Shown here: positions 13,101-25,699 of the stretch, in pieces | Layout: the number at the start of each line of letters is the position of its first letter | Position numbering within the stretch: position 1 is the stretch's first letter | DNA from: Octopus bimaculoides | Lineage: Eukaryota | Direction of reading: 5' to 3' | Length of the DNA stretch: 64,000 nt | Assembly: GCF_001194135.2 (NCBI RefSeq) | Contig: NC_068983.1 | Coordinates: 134,491,879 to 134,555,878, forward strand | Program-made: the position numbers and the translations under genes | Notes under the pieces: model-generated | The model's database searches: none | The model's input: only the letters and a program-made list of their open reading frames with translations | What the model was told of the DNA's origin: nothing

Positions 13101-15004
13101 GTGGCACTTTAGCATCAATTGTTTATTTCAGGCAAATTGCTTATAAAGGTCATTCTAAGACAAAATTTATTTTAACTATACTGCCAAAATACTATTCTTC
13201 TCAACTGTAGCCAATCATTCTGGTCTCTTGCCAAACATTAATGAATAAACAATTCTTTCTATCTCTCTTCAACTTGGATGGTTTGTTCTATTAACAGTGC
13301 TTCTCCTGCCAAGACAAACACTTCCATAAATCTGCCACTCAATTTCTAACAAACAAATCTTCCCTTGCCCACTCTACTGGTTAACATGAGCCCTTTTACT
13401 TTATTCGCATAACTGCCAAATTTGCCTAATGTTCAGAAATGGCAATTCTACATCTTTTAGATTAACTACTGTACATCCAGTTGCTTCTTTGATTTAGTAT
13501 TTAACTCTTAAGCATTTAAACTGGCCATATCTGGCCAAAATAATTTACCTGTTTTATCTCCAAACTGGCCAGATCCGGCCTCTTACACTTAACCTACAAT
13601 ATTATTCTAAAGATAAACAATCAGGTCATTGAAATTTCAAAGCTACAAGGTAATGCATGACTAATTCATATCAGTGTGAATAAATAAGCACTGCATTTGA
13701 CAAAGAAATTTGAATGCAAAAGGATTAATTATGCAGCATTATGGTTAAAGAAAAAAAAAAAAAAAANNNNNNNNNNAAAAAAAAAAAAAAAAAACTAGAG
13801 ACTTCTGATTTACCATCATCCAGTCACATTCAGGTCTAAAGTAATGGCATATCTTAGAATATCTAAACCTCGTGCCTAAGCAATTCTAATTAGAATTCCA
13901 AAATGTCTTCTACTGATTAAATTTTTGCTTACCTAACACATCAGCAGTGTCTTTGACACACTAGCATGCTAAACATCAAGGCAAAAATCTTGAGAACTAT
14001 TTGAATCTAAAGCAAGTAGGCATTAGTATATCTGCTGGTTAATACCTTGCACTAGTGCCCAGCAAAGAATGATCCATCATTATCCCAAACTTTTAATACT
14101 TCAACCCAATGAAGGAGCCTCTTTATGATCACCTAACCTGCTGAAAGTAAAATCTTACATCACACCATACTATTTTCAAAATAAGAAAAAAAGAGACACT
14201 GACTAATGTAGTCTTAGATACACTAAAAAGGAGAAAGCCACAGCTTGAATGATTGATGTCTGTTCAATCAAGAATAACCTGATGCTAAACAAATCCCACT
14301 AAACAGTAGTGTAGATTTCTGTATTTTTGAAAACTATGTTGCATTGACTATGTTTTTAACTTAACAGAACCAATTTTACATCTTCAGTCTCTCTAATACA
14401 AAAAGAGTAATAATCCTCCTCCACCAGAATATAGAAACAATACTGAACAACATAAAAGTGCTTTCTGATCTAAATATAAACACCTGCGTAAGTTCACAGA
14501 TGTATATCCTGCTTCTACAAATTAAGTCACCACTGAATAAACAACCTGTTATTCATCCTCTCTACACATATCCTTTTACTTCAAATATCCATAAAGTGTG
14601 AGGTTACACCTAACAACTCACATCACACACATTAGCAAAACGACTTCATGTTTTAACATCTCACTCAAACTATCACATTCAGTGCTTAACACTTAATATA
14701 GAAAATTCATGACAAGCTTCTATAATGCATCTCAAATTTTTCTGAGGTGTGACCACCTACAATACCAAGACAATTACTAAACATACCAAGGAAAGTATTA
14801 CACAACTCAACTTCTCAAAATTCCTCCAAACACTAGGTCTCACTATAGGATTACAATCATATAAAATCATATCACTTAATGATTAAGATTCCTTGGCCAG
14901 TTGCTGACCTCTTATCAAGCACAATAACATCCTAACACAAAAAAAGTCTCTGGATGATTATAGAAAATTCTCAGTGAATCTCGAATACACCTGGTCCACA
15001 GGAG

Positions 15005-15040
<36 letters not shown>

Positions 15041-18000
15041 AACAGCTTCCATTCTTCTCAATTAGGAAAAATACCTAATTTACATACTACTCCCTTCCCT
15101 ATCATCCCTACTGCATCTCATCATCTAACATTCACTCTTAACACTACTCAATCCCTCCACCTCAGAACTACTGCCTTCTGGAAAGCCCTTCTTACAAATT
15201 CCTATAAGCAAAAAGTTAAAGCTAAACAGTAATCGCACTAATCTAGACAGGCAGACAAAAGTCACAGGGCATCCTCTACTCTTCCAAATATGTAGTGCTA
15301 CTGAACAAAGTATTAGACTTATCCCACTCCAAGATGGGGCTATTATTGCTGGAGAAGCCTCATTTTTTTTCATAGTTGGTTCTCTACATAAAAAGAAGAG
15401 TAAATTACAAGTGTGCAAGTTATCAGAAAGATCAGCAAAAACAAAAAAATGAAGGTCACAGAGATTGTGAAAATAGTTTACAAAAGAAAAAAAAAAGAAT
15501 ATGTAGGACAAGTAAAAAAAAAGAATATATACAAGAACAAAGTTAAGCTATATTACACTGTTTGTGAGTAAAGTACAATACCAGCAAAATGACATATTTT
15601 ACAAAGCTCAAGATTTGGCAAAGACTAAATTTCATACTTAATATTTAAATCATGGCCTAACCAGACGATTTATAAGACAATGTTCATAAATAGCAATAGA
15701 AATGAAGAGATAAAGGAAAAAAGGATATTGAAAGAAAGGCTAAGTAGTTACAGATTACTAGAAACAAGCAACTGAGTTTTAAACAAATTGTAAATGAGTT
15801 TCAAAAAACCTGCACTAGAAAAGAAAAAGTAAAGTTTAAATTTGACATCTAAATATGTTTTAAACATCTTAAATGTCATCACTGTAGGATGGAGCAATTT
15901 GTTTGTTTTTTTATATATGAATGGACATCGACATCAGAGATACTCAACACAGAACTGTAAAACATTAAAAAGTTTTGCATAATGAAAGAACTGTTGTTCT
16001 ATACATCATCTAACATCCTCCTTCCATGACGGTATGGGTTGGACAGTTTCACAGAAGCTGGCAAGTCAGAAGACTATACCAAGTTCTACTGTTTGCTTTG
16101 ACATGATTTGTATGGTTGGATGCCCTCCTTAATGCCAACCACTTTACAGACTGTACTGGGTGCTTTTTATGTGACACCAACAACAGTGAGGTCACTAAAT
16201 AACATTCGAGACAAAGCCCCTCATCAGAGGGTGAGTAGTACTGAGGGAAGCAGCTTTGTGTCATGTGATGAGAATTTAGAGTATGAATAGAAGGACAGAA
16301 ATAGGTGTATTGCAGTAGAGGAGATACATAGCTACTTAAGTTGGAGAAAGAAGATGGCAATGTGACAGGGCATACACCCAAATTACAAAGAGGTGTATAT
16401 AGTGAAATGGACCAGAGATGATATTAAGTGAACGGGTAGGTAGGTTCACAAAGGAGAGTGGAAGATGGAAGGGAGGAGAATATAGTAAGTAGGCACAAGT
16501 AGAGGGAGAGATGTATAGGTAAGGGGAAGATATGTTGTGAAGAGATTCAACAGGGACAAATTGTGTGCAGGTAGATTTGCAAAAGGGAGGGAGATAGAGG
16601 GGAATACAGAGGTGGGGGCAGGTGTTGAGAATTCTGCAAATATACATACATTTAGTATAACAAATGTAAAACTATGTACTATATACATCATCATCATTTA
16701 AAGTCCTTTTTCCATGCTGGCATGGGTTGGACAGTAGGCTGGGGTGATGCACCAGGTTTCACTCTGATTTGGTATGATTTCTACAGCTGGATGACCTTCT
16801 TAACATCAACCACTCCAAGAGTGTAGTGGGTGCTTTTTATGTGCTACAAGCACAGATGCCAGTTACAAAACACTGGCATTGACCACAACTACAACCTCAC
16901 TTGGCTTGACAGGTCTTCTTAAGCACAGCATATCGCCAAAGGTCTCAGTCACTTGTCATTGCTTCCATGAGGTTCAACATTTCTTCTCTAGTTCTGGTCG
17001 TGATTTGGCTATAAGAACAAGGTCACCAACATAGAGGAGCTCCCACGAGCAGTCCATCTTAAATTCCTCAGAGCAAAATAACATCAGTTTAACCTTTTAT
17101 TCGTTATTCCTAGAAAATCTTCAATAATCCAAGTCAGCACTACATCAATATTACCACCTTTCACCTCTTCCTCTATGACTCACTATTTTCCTCATGTTCC
17201 TCCATCCAATGTTCATCATTTGCTGCTTTCACTTCTGTCCTCATCTCTACCATCTGTCAATATCCTTTCACACTCACAAACCTACTTACTCACCCATACC
17301 CAATTCTCTCTTTATCAACCTTCTCATATTGTGATGGTACCTCATCTCCATCCTTTCTCCTTGCCTGTTGGGGTAGCCATGTAAATCCCCTACAGCAAGA
17401 CGCCTTTTCTTGTCCCTCCCTAATACTTTAGCCTTCCAATGCCTGGCCAAGCCATCTCTCTCAATACTGCATCACCCATTCTATCATGGAGACTTATGAA
17501 TTACTTGATAATATCAATAGTGTTGGTGCCACAAAGCACCCAGTGCACTTTGTAAAGTAATTAGCATTAGAAAGGGTACCCAGCCATAGAAACTTTGTTA
17601 ATATAACCCTCAGGCTAGTCTGATCCTGTCAAACTACTAAACCCATGCCAGCATATAATATACACATTAAATGATTATATATATAAATAAGGCTATTCCT
17701 TGCAAAAACAAGTAAATACAAATACAGAAATTTAGGATGAATAGTACATAAGACAAGTGATACAACAGTTAATGGAAGTGATCGACTTATTCTCAGCCAA
17801 AGCATATCTTCCAGTGCACGTGTATACATGTAACAATCAGATGTATGTCTAAGTGAGGTGGGGGAGGGCACTTGAGCAGACATCTACCAAAAATAAACTA
17901 AATTTGTAGAGTAATCAGTTGAATACCTGCCAAATAGTATAGCTAACATAAAAATGAAAAGAAAAATCAGTTCAGTGAAATTTTCAAGTAATATTTTACA

Positions 18001-21000
18001 ATGAAAATAAAACCAGCTAATTCAAGTTATTCACAATTTAAAAGTAATAAAGAAAAATTTCTGAAGCCAGAATAGTTGTTCCTTTTTAAAGAACATATCT
18101 ATCCACTCTATTCAATGTATTGAATTCTATATCAGATATTTGCATTACGTAAAACATTTTCACATACTTCACAACTTGTACACACACACATTCATGAGTG
18201 TGTGTATATCATATATATAAAAATCATTATTTAGCATCCATTTTCCATGCTGACATGGGTTGGATGGCTTGACAGGAGCTGGCAAACTGGAGAGCTGCCC
18301 AGGTTTCAAGTCTGTTTTGGTATTATATATAAGTGTATACACATAGACTTGCATAAAACTATAAGTACACACAGAGCCCAGGCCAGCCAAAAGCTTGTGA
18401 GTGGATTGGGAGTTAAAAATGATAGTAGCTGACTCTAAACAAATGTTGTCACCATGCAATGTCATTTTTTTGCACTCTTCCATAAAAACATGTTTTTATT
18501 ATTGTATTGTTCATATTCAAAAGATTAGAGAAAATATTGATTTGTTTGGAAAAAGTGCAAGTGACAAAAGTACCCAGTCGTAGAAAATCTGCAACAATAA
18601 ATTTCACCTGACTCATACAAGAAAGGAAAAATGGCCATTAAACCAAGAGTATATATAATTATGCATACATACATATAACTACAGACAACTTTGAAGCCTC
18701 AAACTTCTACACCCAGATTATAAATTCACATTTATACCAATAATTGGGGCACCTAGTTCTGTCAATAAATGCTTAAATGGCAATCTAGAAAAGCTATTGC
18801 TTTCAGAAAAAGAAACCAACCAGCTAACATGGACATTCCAAATACAATCTTTTAGTGGATAGTAAAACTATGCAAGACTTTTCTCAAGTTTGACAGGTGA
18901 CAGTTTTTCTTATCCACATTCAAACGATGGTGCTTTTGTATTGTTGTTAGAAAACAGATCCTTACAGAAAGGCTGTAAACAATCGAAAAGAGAAGAGAAC
19001 ACACATACATGCACACAACTAGACATACTTAGATATAGGCATTCTTAACCTTTCCACTCTTGATCCAGCATAACATCCAGGAGGAGCTTTGCCTAAGAGT
19101 ACAACACAATGGTTGTAGCATTTGAAAAAGCTTCCATCAAATGAAAAACAAGTCATTCATGAGTTTTGAAACAGCTGGCTATTGAGTTATTATACCAGCT
19201 TAATCCATACCTTCAACAACAGGTTTCAAAAAGAGAACTGATTAGAGGACTTTGTTTAAACTTAATCAAAACTTACTATGTGACTGATTTCATTTCACCC
19301 AGTTACATTAGCTTTTATAAACAAACCACTCAAGTGTGAGGCCAGTTTTTTTTAGAAGTTGGACATAAAACCAAGCTGCTCAAGCCATCTCAATAATGAC
19401 CTACAATTAGATTTCAACATATCACTAATTTATCCCTATAAGATATAACAAGTCATAATTTGATAAACAGCACTGCACCAGTACTAAAATGACTATTCTC
19501 CATAAATTACATCAATCAACAATTGTTACACAAGTTATTTGGTCTCTGTGTAAATGCCTGGTCACTAAGAGATTCATATTAGATGAAGGTATAAAAAGAT
19601 ATATCTTAAAAAAAAAAACACTATTTTATTAGAGGATAGTGCATGCTATTGACTTTAAAATTAACTTTGAGGACAAACAATATACTGAGTGTAAAAGATA
19701 AATATGGCAATTTAGAATTAGACCAGGATGCAAACAAGTTTCAAGCAGCAGGTAACAACAAATTCTTGTAAACAAAATATGTAACTTAAAGCATTGACAG
19801 AAGTATAAAAAAGAACTACATAGTTATGGTAACCAGTTGCAATAATAGGATAGACAGAGAAGAAGCTGGTCAATATCTAAGAGGAAATGAAGATGATTTG
19901 CAAAGATGGTTCAAGTTATGCCAGTACTGGAAAAAAGGATATAAAGCAAAGAGAGGATAACACCTTAATTCTGCAAAAGAATATCTTAAAGATCAATGTT
20001 CCGCATGACTATTTTCCCCACCCCTTGCCGACTGTTAAAGCATAACCAGTCAGTTCCACAGACTATTGATTAGGGGATGGCAACTGGTGCCATTTACATA
20101 GCCAGGTTGAATTTGTTGGAGAATTGAAAACACGTCACTCAATCTTTCATCCTTTTAGCTGAGAGTCTAAATATCATCACATTCTTCTTTATATTACTAT
20201 TATTATCCAGCTCTAAAAAAAAAACCAAGCTGTATAAATGCTCTTACAAATAGAAAGTAATGCTTACATTACTGATATCCAATTACAACACTTATTGGCA
20301 GCACTCAATTATATATTTGAAGGTGCTAGTACAGTTTCCAGAACTGAAGTAAAGATAACCATAACAGCCAAGCAAATCAGAAAAACAGGATTTGTATTAA
20401 TTGTGCATGGCTAACTAAAGGCCAATGAATGGAATTGATAGATGGAAACCGTACGGAAGACTATCACATGTAGAGAGAGAGTGTGCATATGTAAATGTTT
20501 ACATTCTGTAACATCATCACATGAAGCCATTTGATCAAAAATCAGTGACAATGTTTACATTCCTTGTTAACAAATTGCCTCAGAGCAAAAAGAAGAATAA
20601 AATAATCTCTCATTTGAAAACCATTACAAGTTAGTCACATGAAAGCATCCAGCTGTAAAATAATGCCTCATCCAATCTATTCTAGCACTGAAAAATAAAT
20701 GTTAAACACGTTACACACAAAAGAATATTTTCACAAACAAACATATATACATATATATATGCATGTGTGAAAAGCCCTGAGCAAAAACTAATATTTACTG
20801 ACACCTCACTTCAAATAAATCAGATCATAGCTTCGCACTTTCAAAGTGGAAAATTAATTCCTTGAAAAACAGGTATGGGTCAACAACATGAAAGGAATCC
20901 AGTTGAAAAATGCCACACTGTCCATCTCACACAGGTTGGATGGAATTTTGTTGAGATGGATTTTCTACAGCCAGATGCCCTTCCTGTCACTAACCCACAT

Positions 21001-23404
21001 CTGTTTGCAAGTTAAGTAACATTTCTCCAGAAGATTTGGAATGAAAGGAGACTGCTTGCATAACGGAGACATTTGTTTACAACTATCAAACAATGTCAAG
21101 GCAAGATTATATATATATATATATATATATATAAATCGTTGCTATTGTTAAACTGTCGTATATCCAAATTTAGTCAAATGCGATTTTTCACTATTTATTT
21201 TTGAAGTAACTTACGACACTTTTGCATAACGAGATATATATAATACACACAAACAGGCTTCTTTCAGTTCCTATCTACCAAATCTAATCAAAGTTTAGGT
21301 CAGCCCAGGGTGAAGACACTTGCCCAAGGTGCCATGAAGCGAGATTGAAACCAAGAACTATGCACTTGGGAAGCAAACTTCTTACGGTCCAGATGGACTA
21401 TATGTAATCTGAACCTTTCCCCCCTTGTTTTATTTTCTTTTTTTACGGAATCCCACGTTTTAAGCTATGGAGATTCCGATTCTGAAAAATGTTTTTCAAA
21501 AATCTCAATTTCAAAATTTCGATCCCCCACCCCCGGTTTTTATATAGATCCACAGGGTAAACCTAACCCTAACCCAACCCTAACACTAGTTTTGTGAGAT
21601 TTGGCTGTTATTTCTAGCATGTAAATAGCCTGCTTGGTGGGGANNNNNNNNNNGGGGGGGGGGGGCGGTTCAGATTACATATAGTCCATCTCTACCCTTC
21701 TTACTACACATCAAAACCTTGTCCAATGTTCAATTAGGTCTGTGTGTGTTTATGTGTGTAAGAGAGAGAGGCCTTAGATGAGACCCTTGTACTGAATCCT
21801 CAGGTTGACCACTGGTACATAGAACACAAAAGCATGTGTGTGTGTGTGTGAAAAGCCCTGAGCAAAAACCGTGATATTTACTGACACCTCACTTCAAATA
21901 AGTCAGATCATAGCTTAGCACTTTCAAAGTGGAAAATTAATTCCTTGAAAACAGGTATGGGTTAACGACATGAAAGGTATCCGGTTGAAAAATGCCACAA
22001 TGTTAAACTTTATGCTTACCGTAAAAAAAAAAAAAATAGACGTAAAACGAGCCATCAAAACTCCATTTAAAGAAACATACAAAATACATATAGTTTTCGC
22101 AGAGGAAGGAACGAATTAACACACATACACAAAAATATGCAAATATTAACAATATACAGATACACAGACATACATCAGTATACAACGTATGTTTATTATA
22201 TCAAAAGCTGACAGTCAACTAAGAACTTCACACGGGGATAGGCTTATATGCAATAAAATAACTGTACACAGACACACATGTACCTATACAAACACACGTA
22301 TTTATAAATAATATACACGCTTACTATTATGCACACACGCACGTGCACGACATATACGCACGTACTGATTTATACATATACACAAACGCGTACTAATATA
22401 CACCACCAGTTAGTGATACATCCATCCTTCCTTACTACTATCACTCTCCACCCGTTTTATCGATCTCTCACCCTTCCTCCACTTGTGCAACCTTTAACCC
22501 CACCCCTCATGTCCTTTTATTATCTACCGTATTGTTCTGCTCTAAATAATGAAATTAGAACCAGTTATGACAAATCATTTCGTATCACATTTCTCCATTG
22601 CCAGTCATCACTCACTTTCCTGAGTAACTGACAGCCATCCATCATTCACCTCTGTTCACCAGCCACTACCTTTATCTATATATAACTGACCATCTGCAAT
22701 CCAGCTTATTTTCATGTCTTCATGCACTCTTCTATTCAACTTGAAGGAACTTTCTGGCAATTCATCACCAACAGATTTACCTTTCTTTTTGACGCCAATC
22801 TGGTCACCCCACCCATCCCATCATACATTAACCTCTCTACACACCGTATAAAGCAACCACTATCTTCTGTTCTACCTCTCAGACAAAAAGGTTTGTTAGT
22901 CTTGCGAGCTAAAAAGCAACCTCACTAATGTTAGCACCACAAAAAAAAAACAACCTAGTACACTATGTAAAATGGTTGATGCTAGAAAGGGCATCCGGTT
23001 GTAGAAACCATGCAATAACAGACGGAAAACGAAGCAGACCGACTTAGATCCTGTCGAATCGTTCAACCCATGTCAGCAGGGAAGAACGGCATTAAATGAT
23101 TTACAGATACATACACGCACAAAAGCATATTCGTATATACATGTGCATATACATAGCTCATAAAATATATGGAAAGAGCAAGACAAGTGAAAATAAATAT
23201 AAATAACATAAGTTTCAAAACGAAACTGTAAAATACCATTTTCTAAAGTACTATAAAACAAAATGCAGACAAAAGTGGAAATTTTTTTTATTCAAAAATT
23301 ACACAGATAATGTTGAACGTAGATTAGAAATGTATAAAGATCACACAAATTACAGTGGATGTGTATAGGTTGTAAATAAAATGTAACGAGCAAATCATAT
23401 TTTA

Positions 23405-23439
<35 letters not shown>

Positions 23440-25641
23440 CAGAAATGTGGAACTGAAGCATTCATTCAAACAGCGTAGTTCCTTTTCTCCTGAAGACATG
23501 TTCTTTGCAAACACTATATTCATGTTTTACTAACAGACACATACATAATACATGCATCGTTATAGAGGTGGGTGCAGTAACAGGATGTTCGATCACTAAT
23601 CAACCACATCTTATTACATAAGAATTTTTGGACAGATTTCCTCCTAAAAGCATCATTCTACAAGTAATAAACCGAATCGGTGATGGACGCATTTTAGCAT
23701 CATTTGACGGTTCAAATGACTGAAGCCCCTTCTCCCCCCCCCCTCCAACGGCCAGCCTCATTATTACTACTGGCGAAAGGAGGAGGGGAACAACTAAAGC
23801 GGCGACGAAGACTAATGTCTATCTATCAGCAAATGACTAATGACAATTATATAACACGACTACTGTAGTTTCACACACACACACATATATATATATATAT
23901 ACACACACACGTGGGTAATCAGAAAAGGTGAAATTAAACAATTAAAGGTTTTTAATATTATCGAGTTGTATACTGCATAGAAGAACCAAACCTAAATATG
24001 TTAGCTGAAAAAAGAATTAAAAAGCGAAAGATTTGGAGAGGGAATTCCTAAGAATGTTCGCTATATTTCTCTCTCACACACTATTATAATATATATATAT
24101 ATATATTCATTCAACATGGTTTCAGACTACTCTATTTCTGTACTAATGATCAGAGACGATGGCCCTATATATTACATATAGGTGTCTGAAGAGAAATGGG
24201 GAAGTAACTATTGGCAACCATCACGGAAGTAATTTCACTATCTGTACGCATATAATTAACATCGACTTGTAGGATTTGGACAGCTCGCCCCTCCTTGGTT
24301 GCATCCATTAAAATAAATATTCGTGTTATTTTTAGACACAAACCGAAGAAAATTAATGATGACAAAAAATTAAAAAAAGATACACGGAAAAATACATGAG
24401 CAAAAACAAAAAAAAATTGGAGATCGATAAATTGATTAATTATTATGAAAACTATGTTATAAGAGAGGAAATGATCTGTTTTATGTATGTAGCACAGGCA
24501 ATTGGTTCATCCATGTTCATGTAACTGAAAGAAGCAACACTTCAGGGGTGACAATAGATTACATATTGTTACTGCGTCATTTGACTTTGATGGTTCTTTC
24601 CATTATCTTTTCCATTATTTTTAATCTTTAAATACCAATTCTATCCAATCTAATTAGATTTAGATTAAACAAACTTCACGTGAGCGCAAATATAGAAACA
24701 GTAATCTGAAGGGCGAAATGTAGTTTCCGCTTGTTTAACGTTTAAGATCAAAATGAAGATGAACTGTGAACAAAACCGGCGACTAATATTAAGTGGTTGA
24801 CACGTAAGAATGATATATTCAAGATTTTAATATCATAATGCCTAGATATACAAATATATATTTTTAGGATTTGGCTGTACATGGGAACAAGTGTATTCAC
24901 CAATTAATAAAGAACTCAATACTTCAAGTAGTTTTAGACATTTATTATATAAATTAGTGAACATGCGTATAGATTTCGTGCAGGTAATATCTAAGGGAAA
25001 TGAGTGATACATCTTCCTTCGATTTATATGCAAGGAAATACTGAAACATTTTCTTTCTAAATCCTATCCTTTCACTCACCCACTCGCTGCTCGAGATCTC
25101 AAGAATTTTTGAACGGCGAAACATGACAGGAGGTCGAGAAAATGGTGGCAAGGTTAAAAACTAGTCTTACCTTCAGATTTTAATTTAGTCAGCACAAAAA
25201 TGAGGTAATTGTTGAAGTCAGGGTAAGTATTCAATTCCTCAAGTTTCTGTGAACAGCTGTTAAGGGCATAAGCCACATTGCTTTGTAGACGCTTATAATA
25301 AGAGACTTCAATGGAGGCGAGGGAAAAATTACATAGAATCAAAGGTTTGTAGAGTTACAAAACAATTATTTAGATAGGCTTAACAAAAAACATTAATTTA
25401 AATAATGTAGAAAACTTAATCCTTTTAAAACACGTGGGGTAAGAACTTACTCCCTTTTCATCTCCTCATCAAAGATAGAGAAATATAAATTAATGATTTG
25501 TAATAAAATAAACTATATTAAACACAATGATTAAAAGGATACTTGTTGAACTGCCCGCTGTGCAGCTGTATCAGGAGACTGAGATTCTTTCAATAATTGT
25601 AGAATTTGACGCAGTCCATTTTCTTCCGGAGACCACGCCAT
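3803..25641 (-). CDS. TNPO1: Transportin-1 (karyopherin-beta2, importin-beta family), 5' part; 10 coding exons, gene continues beyond the left window edge
   Basis: Exons 25543-25641, 25171-25246, 9494-9750, 9094-9227, 8353-8434, 7087-7209, 6800-6979, 6591-6695, 6051-6111 and 3803-4128 all have GT-AG borders and consistent phases. Together they give 1443 nt / 481 codons: [25 protein letters not shown]...[41 protein letters not shown]...[18 protein letters not shown]...YLKPLMTE, recognisable as transportin. The symbol is used for the probable single invertebrate TNPO1/TNPO2 co-orthologue. Confidence 0.97.
5110..5535 (-). mobile_element. RTE-clade LINE, decayed C-terminal ORF fragment
   Basis: The minus strand, with frameshifts, reads [18 protein letters not shown]...[51 protein letters not shown], typical of the RTE post-RT region. 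Confidence 0.75.
5638..5975 (-). mobile_element. Representative copy of an abundant short retroposon with a (GAT)n tail
   Basis: Shared motifs catcatcatttaacgtcc..ttccatgc and ctggatgcccttcctaacgccaaccac. Similar copies lie near 470, 4225, 11540, 12170, 16005, 16685, 18230, 26528, 28520, 32850, 35040, 54305 and 62970 (same orientation) and near 22975 and 30760 (opposite). Family name not assigned. Confidence 0.75.
6051..6111 (-). CDS. TNPO1: Transportin coding exon 9 (61 nt; second half of the acidic H8 loop)
   Basis: [20 protein letters not shown]+C; TAG acceptor, GTAAGT donor; joins the next exon to give the conserved [12 protein letters not shown]. Confidence 0.94.
6591..6695 (-). CDS. 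TNPO1: Transportin coding exon 8 (105 nt; first half of the acidic H8 loop)
   Basis: [35 protein letters not shown]; CAG acceptor, GTTTGT donor. Confidence 0.94.
6800..6979 (-). CDS. TNPO1: Transportin coding exon 7 (180 nt)
   Basis: [60 protein letters not shown]; CAG acceptor, GTTAGT donor. Confidence 0.96.
7087..7209 (-). CDS. TNPO1: Transportin coding exon 6 (123 nt)
   Basis: [41 protein letters not shown]; TAG acceptor, GTAAGT donor. Confidence 0.96.
8087..8291. mobile_element. piggyBac-like MITE, family A
   Basis: TTAA at 8083-8086 and 8292-8295; decayed TIRs c(atat)ttgttacca / tggtatcaaaaagg; related copy at 28280-28501. Confidence 0.6.
8353..8434 (-). CDS. TNPO1: Transportin coding exon 5 (82 nt)
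   Basis: (R)[27 protein letters not shown]; CAG acceptor, GTAGGT donor. Confidence 0.96.
9094..9227 (-). CDS. TNPO1: Transportin coding exon 4 (134 nt)
   Basis: [44 protein letters not shown]+CG; CAG acceptor, GTAAGT donor. Confidence 0.96.
9494..9750 (-). CDS. TNPO1: Transportin coding exon 3 (257 nt)
   Basis: (D)[23 protein letters not shown]...[41 protein letters not shown]; CAG acceptor, GTAATA donor. Confidence 0.96.
13505..13724. mobile_element. piggyBac-like MITE, family B
   Basis: TTAA at 13501-13504 and 13725-13728; termini ctcttaagcatt / aatgcaaaagga; homologous over its full length to 29175-29392. Confidence 0.65.
21386..21696. mobile_element. MITE with 30-bp TIRs and an 8-bp target-site duplication, inserted in a SINE head
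   Basis: Perfect 25-bp inverted repeat AGATGGACTATATGTAATCTGAACC (21391-21415 / 21667-21691) with GGT termini; CTTCTTAC duplicated at 21378-21385 and 21697-21704; contains a 10-N gap. Confidence 0.85.
25171..25246 (-). CDS. TNPO1: Transportin coding exon 2 (76 nt)
   Basis: [25 protein letters not shown]+G; CAG acceptor, GTAAGA donor. Confidence 0.95.
25247..25542 (-). other. U12-type (minor spliceosome) GT-AG intron, 296 nt
   Basis: 5' splice site GTATCCTTTTAA (25542-25531); branch-site CCCTTAAC (25266-25259) with the branch A 13-14 nt from the CAG acceptor; no long polypyrimidine tract. Confidence 0.92.
25543..25641 (-). CDS. TNPO1: Transportin coding exon 1 (99 nt, start codon)
   Basis: [33 protein letters not shown]; followed by the U12-type donor GTATCCTTT. 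Confidence 0.93.
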
Positions 25642-25699
25642 GTTTCACTGTTCACACTTTGAACTAGCATCCAACGAAAAGGAACGAGTAATCAACGTC

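Noticed and set aside
25072-25170. Strong GTGAGT donor about 90 nt into transportin intron 2 as an alternative coding exon or extension
   Set aside because: Extending exon 2 hits TAA after 5 codons, and the internal ATG frame ends in phase 0 whereas exon 3 needs phase 1. There is no support without RNA data.
9751-25170. Intronic snoRNA or miRNA in the 15.4-kb transportin intron
   Set aside because: No convincing box C/D pair with a terminal stem, H/ACA fold or pre-miRNA hairpin was seen by eye; an Infernal/Rfam scan would be needed to exclude them.
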